Positions 1-11,610 of a stretch of 64,000 nucleotides of DNA are shown one piece after another (the first letter of the stretch is position 1; the number at the start of each line of letters is the position of its first letter). This stretch comes from Malacoraja senta (taxonomy: Eukaryota). Both the position numbers and the translations under genes were made by a program. The stretch covers positions 1 to 64,000 of the forward strand of contig JAXLNO010003381.1 of assembly GCA_038087875.1 (NCBI GenBank), in the 5' to 3' direction. The notes beneath the pieces are model-generated. The model was not told the DNA's origin. It did no database searches and saw only the letters and a program-made list of their open reading frames with translations.

Positions 1-489
1 GCACTGGATCAACTAAAGTGCCTGTCCCACTGCGGGGACCTAATTTGCGAGTTTAGAAGCGTTTGCACTCGACTCAAACTTGCAGCATGGTCGACACATG
101 GTCCTAGGAGGTCTATGTAACTCTCCTTCATGCTCGAGAGAAGTTCGAGCAAGAATTTCATTGTCTCTCTTGAATCTTGATTAGATTATAGCTATTGACA
201 GTTCCCAAACCCAATCACAAAATTCACCATTACATTGTTTCTACAGAAAGTTCTAGCAGGAAGACAGTTTACAAAAGAATAGAAACATTTCTCCAGGTAG
301 AATAAACAATTTGAACAAAGCTTCACACTTCACAAGATAACAGCACAAACACTGCAACATAAGTAACAGTACTTTACAACATCCCGCTATCTGATCTAAT
401 CATGCATAGGCAACACCTCTTAGCTCTTCTACAAAACCCTCATACATATAAACAAAAGGAGAGACATTTGGACCTCGCATTATCCTCAA

Positions 490-1482
490 CTTCCGCTCCC
501 AGGATGAGGCGTTCCACACCAGGGCATCTGAAATGTCCTCATTCTTCAGGGAACGGGGGTTCCCCTCCTCCACCATAGATGAGGCTCGCACCAGGGTCTC
601 TGCCATACCCCGCAACACTGCTCTCTCTCCCCATCCCCCCACTCACAACAAAGGCAGAGTCCCCCTAGTCCTCACCTTTCACCCCACCAGCCGTCACATA
701 CAACAAGTGATCCTCCGTCAGTTTCGCCACCTCCAACGTGACCCCACCACTCGCCACATCTTCCCATCTCCCCCTATGTCTGCCTTCCGCAAAGACCGCT
801 CCCTCCGTAACTCCCTTGTCAATTCTTCCCTTCCCTCCCATACCACCCCCTCCCCTGGTACTTTCCCTTGCAACCGCAAGAGATGCAACACTTGTCCCTT
901 CACTTCCCCCCTCCACTCCATTCCAGGACCCAAGCAGTCGTTCCAGGTGCGACAGAGGTTCACCTGCATCTCCTCCAACCTCATCTATTGCATTCGCTGC
1001 TCTAGATGCCAGCTGATCTACATCGGTGAGACCAAGCGGAGGCTTGGCGATCGTTTCGCCGAACACCTCCGGTCGGTCCGCAATAACCAACCTGAACTCC
1101 CGGTGGCTCAGCACTTCAACTCCCCCTCCCATTCCGTATCTGACCTCTCTGTCCTGGGTCTCCTCCATGGCCACAGCGAGCAACACCGTAAATTGGAGGA
1201 AATGCACCTCATATTCCGCTTGGGTAGTCTACACCCTGGTGGCCTGAACGTTGAATTCTCCCAATTCTGCTAGCCCTGGCTGTCCCCTCCCCTTCATCAG
1301 CCATCTGGTTGTCTCCTCCCCTCCCCCAACCCTCGGGCTCCTCCTCCTCCTTTTCCTTTTTTCCTTTCTTCTCCCCACCCCCTATCAGTCTGAAGAAGGG
1401 TTTCGGCCCGAAACGTTACCTATTTCCTTCGCTCCATAGATGCTGCTGCACCCGCTGAGTTTCTCCAGCATTTTTGTGTACC
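490..1482 (+). mobile_element. 5'-truncated Penelope-like element: GIY-YIG endonuclease ORF (533-1273) + 3' pLTR with hammerhead-like motif
   Basis: Cys-rich linker C-x4-C-x2-C, then [21 protein letters not shown] and the HFN..H and GLN motifs of PLE endonucleases. No RT core present. Confidence 0.88.
1390..1417 (+). ncRNA. Minimal type-I hammerhead ribozyme-like motif (PLE pLTR)
   Basis: CUGAAGA-A-GGGU[UUCG]GCCC-GAAA-CGUU: core boxes, stem II with a UUCG loop, palindromic ACGU stem III. Confidence 0.7.
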
Positions 1483-2004
1483 TAGGGTCCAGACTCCTTG
1501 GAGCGTGACTCACAGCTTGCAACCGTCCACAGAATGTGGACAAACAGGCTTTGCAAATACAGAGATTCTCCATTTTGTGACATATTTTATTTGGCCAATA
1601 TTATCATTAACAGGACTTAAGACATGACATGTATTCAAAAAATATTTTACTGATAGGCTGCATATATGTGAAGTTTTCACAATTCTTGTAAGAACTCATG
1701 ATATAGAATCATAAGACGTTTGTTTTTTACTGCACCAAGAAGATCTTCCAACTCCATCTTCTGCCTAGCTTCCACAGCAGCAACCACATCAAATTATATT
1801 ATAAATATGCTGCAAAAAGAGTCACAAACATTGGAATTCATATTTTTCAGTATTGTTATCAAGGCAAAGAAAGCAGTTCGAATTGTTTGATATTATTCAT
1901 GAGGAAAAAATATAATAGCTCTAAAACCTACCTCAATTTTACAATCTCATTAAAGATATTCCCCCTTTCCCTCACATCCTCCCCTCTTTCTGTCGGGGGG
2001 GGGG

Positions 2005-2896
2005 AGCGAAGATGAAGGTGGCGTGGGCCCAGCGGGGTGGGGGGGAGATAGAGATGAAGGTGGCGTGGGTCCAGCGGGGGGGGGGGAGAGATGAAGTGGC
2101 GTGGGTCCAGCGGGGGGGGGAGAGATGAAGGTGGCGTGGGTCTAGCGGGGGGGGGAGAGATGAAGGTGGCGTGTGTCTAGCGGGGGGGGGGGGGGGAGAG
2201 ATGAAGGTGGCGTGGGTCTAGGGGGGGGGGAGGGAGAGATGAAGGTGGCGTGGGTCCAGGGGGGGGGAGAGATGAAGGTGGCGTGGGTCTAGCGGGAGGG
2301 GGGGAGGGAGAGATGAAGGTGGCGTGGGTCCAGCGGGGGGGGGGGGGGGGAGAGATGAAGGTGGCGTCGGTCCAGCGGGGAGGGGGAGGGAGAGATGAAG
2401 GTAGCGTGGGTCCAGCGGGGAGGGGGGGGGAGAGAGATGAAGGTGGCGTGGGTCCAGCGGGGGGGGGGGCGGGGGGGGGAGAGAGATGAAGGTGGCGTGG
2501 GTCTAGCGGGGGGGGGGGGAGAGATGAAGGTGGCGTCGGTCCAGCGGGGAGGGGGAGGGAGAGATGAAGGTAGCGTGGGTCCAGCGGGGAGGGGGGGGGG
2601 AGAGAGATGAAGGTGGCGTGGGTCCAGCGGGGGGAGGGGGGGCGAAGAGATGAAGGTGGCGTGGGTCTAGCGGGGGGGGGGGGGGAGAGATGAAGGTGGC
2701 GTGGGTCCAGCGGGGGGGGGAGGGAGATATGAAGGTGGCGTGGGTCCAGCGGGGGGGGGGGGGGAGGGAGAGATGAAGGTGGCGTGGGTCCAGCGGGGGG
2801 GGGGGGGCGGGGGGGGAGAGAGATGAAGGTGGCGTGGGTCTAGCGGGGGGTGGGGAAGAGATGAAGGTGGCGTGGGTCCAGCGGGGGTGGCGTGGG
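2005..2896. repeat. G-rich minisatellite, about 22 units of AGATGAAGGTGGCGTGGGTC(C/T)AGC + variable poly-G
   Basis: Counted ATGAAG starts; units are about 35-50 bp. A 3-unit block recurs near 2355 and 2524. Confidence 0.95.
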
Positions 2897-3422
2897 CGGA
2901 AGATGGCTTGGGCCCCGGCGGCGGGGGGAGGCGAGGGCAGCGGGCCCCGCCGCAGCGGCGTCTGGTGTTGGGGTTACAGCCGCTCCCGCCCGGCGACGGG
3001 AGGACGGTCTCCTGGTCGCATTAACTGACCGTTGGCGAGGCTCCGACGCCGCGGATGGAAACGCTGGACCGGGCGGGGACCCACCGCACCACGCACCCAC
3101 CCCACCCCCACTACCTACCTGGAGTAGACGCGAGGCATCGAGCTCAATGGGTGAAACACAAATGGCAGTCTGCTCCGCCCGGGCCCACTGCGCACGCGCG
3201 GAGAGACGGCGTCATTTTCCTTCGCTTCCCCAACTGCGCAGGCGCGGATGGGCGCATTTCTTTCTCCCCCAGTGGCCGGAACCAGAATTTCGGGCGATTT
3301 TCCACAATGCTGATTGTGCTCCGATTTTTAAAAAAAAATCAGGGGATCTTTTCCTTACTCTGGGGAAAATAAGGGGGACGCGGTCGCACCCCGCGCACCC
3401 TCCCCCCTTCGGACGGCCATGC

Positions 3423-6400
3423 ATTGGTTCAATGATTGGGTTGGTTACTAAGGTTTTAGTAACCTACCCATTTGGCCTTTTCCAACAATCTATCAAATAA
3501 CCCCCTCGCCTGTGTTCACCTGTTACTGGCCCTGCTCTGTCCAACCCCTCTTTCCCAGCTTTCTTTCTTGCCCTCCCCGCAATCAGTCTGAAGAAGGGTC
3601 CCTGACCCAAAACGTCACCGATCCAAGTTCTCCAGAGTTGCTGCCTGACCTGCTGAGTTACTTCAGCACTTTGTGTCTTGAGATGGACCATCACCATTTA
3701 AGTGTTAAAGAAGGAACTGCAGATGCTGGAAAATCGAAGGTACACAAAAATGCTGGAGAAACTCAGCGGGTGCAGCAGCATCTATGGAGGGAAGGAAATA
3801 GGCAACGTTTTGGGCCGAAACCCTTCTTCAGACTGATAGGGGGTGGGGACAAGAAAGGAAAAAAGGCGGAGGAGGAGCCCGAGGGCTGGGGGAGGGGAGG
3901 AGACAACCAGAGAGCTCGTAGAACAACCAGAGAATTCTACGAATTCTCCCAATTCTGCTAGCCCTTGCTGTCCCCTCCCCTTCATCAGCCCTCTGGTTGT
4001 CTCCGCCCCTCCCCCAGCCCTCGGGCGCCTCCTCCGCCTTTTTTCCTTTCTTCTCCCCACCCCCTATCATTCTGAAAAGGCCAAATGGTTAGGAATTATA
4101 AATAGGATTGACAGATTTAATAAAATAATCTGTTGCAAATGAGATGTGAAATCAGCAGAATTTATTAAATGAAACTGTTGAATCCAGTGTTAATCACAAT
4201 GTGCCTTGCTGCAGGGCGAGTTAGCTACGCAGAACAGTGCAGGAGGCAATGGAGAGAGAGAGTTGTATTGTGCAGATAAAGGCCTTTCGGCCCAGGTCGT
4301 CCATTCCTAACATTTTAACCCTTTTTTAACTTGTTTCCTTTGGTTCTTGATTTCCCCTCCTCTGGGTGAACGACTCTCTGCATTCATCCTATCTATTCCC
4401 TTCATGATTTCATGCACCTTTATAAACTCACCCCTCAGCCTCCTGCAGTCAAAGGACCTCTCCCTACAGCCTAGGTCCTCAAGTCCCAGCAACATTCTCG
4501 TAAATCCTCTCTGCGCTCCTTCCAGCTGAGTGACATCCTGTAGCAAGGTTGACCAAAACTGAACACACTATTCCAAATGTGGCCTCACCAATGTATTGTA
4601 CAACTGTAACAAAGACTGGAACAAAGAATAAAGTGATGGTGTCTGGAAGTTCGGGACCACTGAATGGAGGTGTTCTGAAAGCCCAGGCTTGCTTCGATCT
4701 GAAGAAGGGTCCAGAACGATGCCTGTCCATACCCTCCACAGATGCTGCCTGAACCGCTGAATTCCCCCAGCATTTGTGGTTTTACTCAAAATTCCAGCAT
4801 TGCAGTTCCTTGTGTCTCACTTTCTTCGATCAGTGTTGTGTGACCCACTTGACCTTGGTAAGGAAGAAAAGCGCTGGAGTGGGGCCAGGCAGCATCTCTG
4901 CGGAACATGGATGGGCGACGATTTGGGTCGGGACCCTTCTGGGGACTTGGAACACCAAGGTGTGGGCATGGGTACAAAGGTAAGGCCTCTGCTGAGGACT
5001 GAAGGGAGAAATCGGTGTGAGTTCAGCTGAGGGACAGGGGAGGGGGATGTGGGGAGAAAGTGGAGGGGGAAATACGGGGTGTTAGAGGTTGTGTAAAATT
5101 GGAGAATTCAATGTTCATACCATTGGGTTGGAAGCTACCCATTCAGAATATGAGCAGCATTGCTGCTGGAAATTACTTTCAAGAGTGCATCGTTTGAATT
5201 GTTTGTGCTTTAAATTGTTTCCTCTATTTAATAATTCACTATTTTAAAACTATTATCACCATATATTCCTTCCTCAATGTCCTTGCTTTCTCCCCCCCTA
5301 CCCCTCCCAGCTCTCCCAAAGCCTACTTGTCTCCGCCTCTTCCTTTCTTTCCCCCCACCATCTCCACATCAGTCTGAAGAAGGGTCTCGATCCGAAACAT
5401 CGCCTATTCCTTCGCTCCATAGGTGCTGGCCTCACTGCTGAGTTGCTCCAGCAATTATGTCTTACCTTGGATTTTTCCAGGATCTGCAGTTCTTTCTTAA
5501 ACATTCTTCCTCAATATGTCACCCATTCCTTCTCTCCAGAGGTGCTGCCTGTCTCGCTGAGTTACTTCAGCATCTTGTGTCTATCTTTGATTTAAAGCAG
5601 CATCTTCAGTTCTTTCCTGCACACTTCCTGAATCCTATCCCTTTATCATGCATGCTCTTTGTATAACTTTAGCCTATTGTTCCTGCTTCCGAGTTACAGC
5701 ATTGGGGACCATCAAGAAGCTCGGTGACTAAACTTACCTGTTGTTTTGTTTATTTCTATAAAATGTTTAAAATCACTGCTGTATAAAACTGATCACTACA
5801 AGTGTCGGAAACAAATGTTGTGTGGGAGTGAAGATAAGACACAAAAAGCGAAAGTAACTCAGCGGGTTAGGCGACATCTTTGGAGAAAAGGAATAGGTGA
5901 CGTTTTGGGTCAAGACCTTCTTCAGACTGAGAGTCAGGGAGGGAGAAATGAACGACATGAAAAGATACGTAGAACAAATCAATGAAATGTACGAAATGAC
6001 AAATCAATGCCAGCATTGATGATCAAGGAAATGTGGAGCCCACAATGATCCATTGTTGGCTGTGGAGCACGTGATAAGGAGTGAGACAGTGAAACTCTGC
6101 AGGATGACAGTTAACCAATATGGACGACTAGGGTGGGCGGAGAGGGGAAGCAAGGGTTACCTGAAGTTGGAGAAATCAATATTCATTCCGCTGGGTTGTA
6201 AGCTGCCCAAGTGATAGATGTTCCTCTAATTTGTGTGGCAGTGGAGGAGGCCCAGATCAGAATGGGAAGGGGAGGAGTGAAAGTGTTTAGCAACAGGGAG
6301 TTCACATTGTGTGTTGTTGTACATCGTGTGGTTTGCTGTAGCCAGTGCCCACAGTCCTTGAATCAATAACTTCCTGTCTGCTGTAGATCTGCCCACATGC

Positions 6401-7390
6401 GAAACCAGCATCAATATAACTGAGCTGAGCACTAGTTTTAACGAGAATTTAATGTGTTTTATTAACCACCACCGCAGTTATATAAGGGCTGGTTTGGTCT
6501 GACGATAAGAATGATTGGTCAAAGCTGTTTAACAAAAAGTGGCCACTGGACGAATTATTTAAAGTCTCATTTATCTTCATCTAATTTGGAAATTAGCTCA
6601 TTGATTTCTTCAGACTTCGAGACCTGTTATGCATATTTGATTATTTTAAAAAGTTTTTTCCCTTTTCTTTAATGGAATGTTGAAGTTAATAATGAAATTA
6701 ATCTCAAATAGATTTAAGATTAGCACAGTGGCACGGCAGGAGAGCTGGTTTGAGCCTGACCTCCGGTGCTGTCAGTGTGGAGTTTGCACGTTCTCTCTGG
6801 GTCAGTATGAGTTTTTTTTGTCTGGGTGCTCTGATTTCCTCCCACATCCCAAAGACGTGCGGGTTTGTGGGACAATTGGCCTCCGTAAATTGCACCTGGT
6901 GTACAGGGAGTGGGTGAGAAAGTGATTACGTTTTGTTCAAGAAAGAACTGCAGATGCTGGAAAAAGCGAAGGTAGACAAAAATGCTGGAGGAACTCAGCG
7001 GGCGAGGCAGCATCTATGGAGCGAAGGAATAGGCGACGTTTCGGGTCGAGCCCCTTCTTCAGACTGTAACAGAACTAGTGTTAACGGGTGATTGACGGTC
7101 GGCGCGAACTCGATTTCATGCTTTATCTCTGGACACCAAAACAAAGCCCAATGTGACGCTAAGGGGGAGAGAAATCCTCAATGATATTTAAGAGCCCTGT
7201 CCCAAATAATAAACAAGTTCAGATTTGTTACCTTTGCTTTCTCTCTGATTTATCTTGGTATGGGATTAACTGGTTTATGCCAGTCAATGTGTTAACTGCA
7301 TGGATAATGTTTCCCCATCTCTGCTAAACGCCGCACTTGAAATAACTTGCACAACTCTGAAATGGGGCCCTTCGATCTGTCACCTCCAAG
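3423..7390. repeat. Copy 1 of a ~4-kb direct segmental duplication
   Basis: Collinear with 14041-17912, including non-repeat sequence and shared TE junctions; about 90% identity by eye. Confidence 0.9.
7035..7062 (-). ncRNA. Hammerhead-like motif, intact core, GUC site
   Basis: Reverse complement CUGAAGAAGGGGCUCGACCCGAAACGUC. Confidence 0.6.
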
Positions 7391-8042
7391 CCCAATCTGT
7401 CTTCTCCATCCCATTTTCTTCATCCACCCAGGCTAATGTGTGCTATAGTTCCTGCCTGATCCCACACTGGAAAGGAATTCTACAACATAGACAACTTGGT
7501 TCCAGATCATTATGGATAGGAAAAGCTGAGAGTAATATGGACCAAACATGGGCAGGTGGGACTAGTGTAGATAGGGCATCTTGGTTGGCATGGGCCAGTT
7601 GGGCTGAAGGGCCTGTTCCTGTGTTGTATGACTCTATGTTCACACTGACTCTGATGATTCTGATCACACACTTACCTTTGCATCAGTGTTCTCTTGTTCA
7701 ATCTCTGGAAGAATCCTGCTTTTATCCACAATTTCTGGTGTTTTATAAATTACAATATAGGTGGGTCCTTAGCCCTGATTTAACGTAATTGTTCCAGCCC
7801 TCGTCACACCAAAATGGCTGAGATTGCAGAGTGTCATGACACCTATTTAACTTTTCGCTCGGATGTTATCGTCTCAGCGGTTATTCTGCATGAAACACAT
7901 TCACCGCAGGACAGAGCAGGAAATGAATCTGATTCTTGTGGTTAGGATGCATACTGTCATTACTGAGTAAGCCATCAGGGGGAGCTGTTTGCACATGTTT
8001 AACATGCTCCACCTTTAGTCTGCTTGTACAATTTTTAGCTTC

Positions 8043-11000
8043 CCACCATATAACCATATAACCATATAACCATAACAGCACGGAAACAGGCCATCTCGGC
8101 CCTTCAAGTCCGTGCCGAACATTAAAAAAAAAATTTAAAAATTATTTTAATTTTTTTTAATTTTTATTTTTTTTAAATTAAAAATAAATACTTCCCCCTA
8201 GTCCCATCTACCTGCACTCAGACCATAACCCTCCATTCCTTTCCCGTCCATATACCCATCCAATCTATTTTTAAAGGATAACATCGAACCTGCCTCCACC
8301 ACTTCCACTGGAAGCTCATTCCACACAGCTACCACTCTCTGAGTAAAGAAGTTCCCCCTAATGTTCCCCCTAAACTTCTGTCCCTTAATTCTCAAGTCAT
8401 GTCCCCTTGTTTGAATCTTCCCTACTCTCAATGGGAAAAGCTTATCCACGTCCACTCTGTCTAACCCGCTCATAATTTTAAAGACCTCTATCAAGTCCCC
8501 TCTTAACCTTCTGCGCTCCAAAGAATAAAGACCTAACTTGTTCAACCTTTCTCTGTAACTTAGTTGCTGAAACCCAGGCAACATTCTAGTAAATTTCCTC
8601 TGTACTCTCTCTATTTTGTTGACATCCTTCCTATAATTAGGCGACCAAAATTGTACTCCATACTCCAGAATTGGCCTCACCAATGCCTTGTACAATTTTA
8701 ACATTACATCCCAACTTCTATATTCAATGCTCTGATTTATAAAGGCCAGCACACCAAAAGCTTTCTTTACCACCCTATCTACATGAGATTCCACCTTCAG
8801 GGAACTATGCACAGTTATTCCTAGATCCCTCTGTTCAACTGCATTCCTCAATTCGCTACCATTTACCGTGTACGTCCTATTTTGATTTGTCCTGCCGAGA
8901 TGTAGCACCTCACATTTGTCAGCATTAAACTCCATCTGCCATCTTTCAGCCCACTCTTCCAAATGGCCTAAATCTCTCTGTAGACTTTGAAAATCTACTT
9001 CATTATCCACAACACCACCTATCTTAGTATCATCTGCATACTTACTAATCCAATTTTCCACACCTTCATCCAGATTATTGATGTACATGACAAACAACAG
9101 TGGACCCAACACAGACCCCTGAGGCACCCCACTAGTCATCGGCCTCCAACCTGACAAACAGCCATCCACCATTACTCTCTGGCATCTCCCATTCAGCCAC
9201 TGTTGAATCCATCTTGCTACTCCACCATTAATACCCAACAATTGAATCTTCTTAACCAACCTTCCATGAGGAACCTTGTCAAAGGCCTTACTGAAGTCCA
9301 TATAGACAACATCCACTGCTTTACCCTCATCAATTTCCCTAGTAACCTCTTCAAAAAATTCAAGAAGATTAGTCAAGCATGACCTTCCAGGCACAAATCC
9401 ATGTTGACTGTTCCTAATCAGACCCTGCTTATCCAGATGCTTATATATATTATCTTTAAGTATCCTTTCCATTAATTTGCCCACCACTGACGTCAAACTA
9501 ACAGGTCTATAATTGCTAGGTTTACTCTTCGAACACTTTTTAAACAACGGAACAACATGCGCAGTACGCCAATCCTCCGGCACTATTCCCGTTTCTAATG
9601 ACATTTGAAATATTTCTGTCATAGCCCCTGCTATTTCTACACTAACTTCCCTCAATGTCCTAGGGAATATCCTGTCAGGACCTGGAGACTTATCCATTTT
9701 CATATTTTTCAAAAGTGTCCGCACCTCCTCTTCTTTGAATCTCACAGTTTCCATTGCTACTCTGCTCGTTTCCCTTACCTCACATAATTCCATATCCTTC
9801 TCCTTCGTGAATACCGAAGAAAAGAAATTGTTCAATATCTCCCCCATCTCTTTTGGCTCTGCAGATAGCTGTCCACTCTGACTCTCTAATGGACCGATTT
9901 TATTCCTTGTTATCCTTTTGCTATTAATATAGCTGTAGAAACCCTTTGGATTTACTTTCACCTTACTTGCCAAAGCAACCTCATATCTTCTTTTAGCTTT
10001 TCTAATTTCTTTCTTAATATTCTTTTTACATTCTTTATACTGCTCAAGCACCTCATTTACTCCATGCTGCCTATAATTATTGTAGATCTCTCTCTTTTTC
10101 CGAACCAAGTGTCCAATTTCCCTTGAAAACCATGGCTCTTTCCATTTTTTACTATTTCCTTTCAACCGAACAGGGACATAAAGATTCTGTACTCTTAAAA
10201 TTTCACCCTTAAATGTCCTCCATTTTTCTTCTACATCCTTCCCATAAAACAACATGTCCCAATTCACTCCTATTAAATCCTTTCGCATCTCCTCAAAGTT
10301 AGCCTTTCTCCAAACAAAAATCTCAACCCTAGGTCCAGTTCTGACCCTCTCCATAATTATATTGAAACTAATGGTATTGTGATCACTGGACCCGAAGTGC
10401 TCCCCGACGCATAGCTCCGCCACCTGCCCTGTCTCATTTCCTAACAGGAGGTCCAGCACTGCCCCTTCTCTAGTAGGTACCTCTATGTATTGCTGCAAAA
10501 AACCATCTTGCACACATTTTACAAACTCCAAACCATCCAGCCCTTTTACAGAATGTGTTTCCCAGTCTATGCGTGGAAAATTGAAATCTCCCACAATCAC
10601 TACCTTGTGCTTACTACTAATATCTGCTATCTCCTTACATATTTGCTCTTCCAATTCTCGCTCGCCATTTGGCGGTCTATAATACACCCCTATAAGTGTT
10701 GCTACACCTTTCCCATTTCTCAGTTCCACCCAAATAGCCTCCCTAGACGAGCCCTCTAATCTATCCTGCCAAAGCACTGCTGTAATATCTTCCTTGACAA
10801 GCAATGCAACACCCCCACCTCTTGCCCCTCCAATTATATCACCCCTGAAGCAACGAAATCCTGGAATATTTAGTTTCCAATCACAGCCCTCCTGCAACCA
10901 TGTTTCACTGATTGCCACAACATCATACTTCCAGGTGTCAATCCAGGCTCTAAACTCATCCATCTTTCTTACAATGCTCCTAGCATTAAAATATACACAT

Positions 11001-11105
11001 TTAAGAAACCCACCACCACTTATTCTCTGTTTATTATCTTTTTCTTCTTTCTCGCCTACATTTTGGGTCCGAGTGCTTCCCTTCTCTGCCTCCTGCCTCC
11101 CACAT
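8043..11105 (-). mobile_element. 5'-truncated CR1/HER1-like LINE
   Basis: ORF2 above plus a 3' UTR ending in a (TTATATGG)n-type tail at about 8043-8075. Confidence 0.85.
8198..10963 (-). CDS. CR1-clade LINE ORF2: AP endonuclease + reverse transcriptase, uninterrupted
   Basis: EN motifs (ISETWL, GVYYRPP, GDFNFP, SDHN) and RT motifs (SPGPD, NYRPVSL, QHGF, GVPQGSVLGP, YADD). The frame stays open upstream (LKCVYFNARS) to about 11100. Confidence 0.92.
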   Translation of the reverse strand: MDEFRAWIDTWKYDVVAISETWLQEGCDWKLNIPGFRCFRGDIIGGARGGGVALLVKEDITAVLWQDRLEGSSREAIWVELRNGKGVATLIGVYYRPPNGERELEEQICKEIADISSKHKVVIVGDFNFPRIDWETHSVKGLDGLEFVKCVQDGFLQQYIEVPTREGAVLDLLLGNETGQVAELCVGEHFGSSDHNTISFNIIMERVRTGPRVEIFVWRKANFEEMRKDLIGVNWDMLFYGKDVEEKWRTFKGEILRVQNLYVPVRLKGNSKKWKEPWFSREIGHLVRKKREIYNNYRQHGVNEVLEQYKECKKNIKKEIRKAKRRYEVALASKVKVNPKGFYSYINSKRITRNKIGPLESQSGQLSAEPKEMGEILNNFFSSVFTKEKDMELCEVRETSRVAMETVRFKEEEVRTLLKNMKMDKSPGPDRIFPRTLREVSVEIAGAMTEIFQMSLETGIVPEDWRTAHVVPLFKKCSKSKPSNYRPVSLTSVVGKLMERILKDNIYKHLDKQGLIRNSQHGFVPGRSCLTNLLEFFEEVTREIDEGKAVDVVYMDFSKAFDKVPHGRLVKKIQLLGINGGVARWIQQWLNGRCQRVMVDGCLSGWRPMTSGVPQGSVLGPLLFVMYINNLDEGVENWISKYADDTKIGGVVDNEVDFQSLQRDLGHLEEWAERWQMEFNADKCEVLHLGRTNQNRTYTVNGSELRNAVEQRDLGITVHSSLKVESHVDRVVKKAFGVLAFINQSIEYRSWDVMLKLYKALVRPILEYGVQFWSPNYRKDVNKIERVQRKFTRMLPGFQQLSYRERLNKLGLYSLERRRLRGDLIEVFKIMSGLDRVDVDKLFPLRVGKIQTRGHDLRIKGQKFRGNIRGNFFTQRVVAVWNELPVEVVEAGSMLSFKNRLDGYMDGKGMEGYGLSAGRWD

Positions 11106-11299
11106 TTTCCATGTGTAGCCGTTACAATAATCCTGAAATCCCTGTAGGAAAGAATTTTAATGGCTTAATAATCCAGTAATTTGCAACGCTATGAGAGTGA
11201 TTTGTTCCTTGGGTTCTCATCAAAGTTATCATCTGACATTAATTCTGACATCCATTTGTCGTCTTTTTGGAAACATATGGTGCAAAACAGGTGTAAAAG

Positions 11300-11610
11300 C
11301 TAATCCGTGACTGCGGATGGTCAAGATTATAAATGATCTCCTTACTTCTATTTTCTTTTCTTCTCTTCTCTTCTTTTATTCTCTTTCTTCTATTTTCTAT
11401 GTCTCAACTTTCTTTTTTCATTCTTTTTTTTTCTTTTTCACACACTATATAACTCACACTTTTCTATTTTTCATTATCTAACTTTTTTCTTTTTCTTCTT
11501 TATTACAAAAAATAAAAAAAATAAGAAGCTGTACATAAAAGGTATTATGAAAATATGATTGTATACAATTGTACTTACTTCTAATAAAATAAAAATATTT
11601 TAAAAAATTC
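11300..11610 (+). mobile_element. Probable L1/Tx1-type 3' end (pyrimidine tract + A-rich terminus)
   Basis: Long CT-rich tract, then gtacttacttctaataaaataaaaa. Family call is from memory of such ends. Confidence 0.45.

Noticed and set aside
15-146. gcctgtcccact terminus resembling a Harbinger-type MITE
   Set aside because: Only one end is visible, so TIR and TSD cannot be confirmed.
665-1207. 180-aa and other antisense ORFs over the PLE copies (also 44050-44592)
   Set aside because: Shadow frames of the GIY-YIG ORF; their similarity between copies just reflects element identity.
1690-1809. Protein-like minus frame DVVAAVEARQKMELEDLLGAVKNKRLMILYHEFLQEL after a good acceptor at 1809
   Set aside because: All three frames from that acceptor hit stops; possibly a decayed LINE.
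2005-2896. Repeat-spacer look resembling CRISPR
   Set aside because: The spacers are only variable poly-G, there are no cas genes, and the context is vertebrate.
2250-3500. Gly/Arg/Pro-rich ORFs
   Set aside because: Produced by the G-rich minisatellite and the GC-rich block; no splice or domain support.
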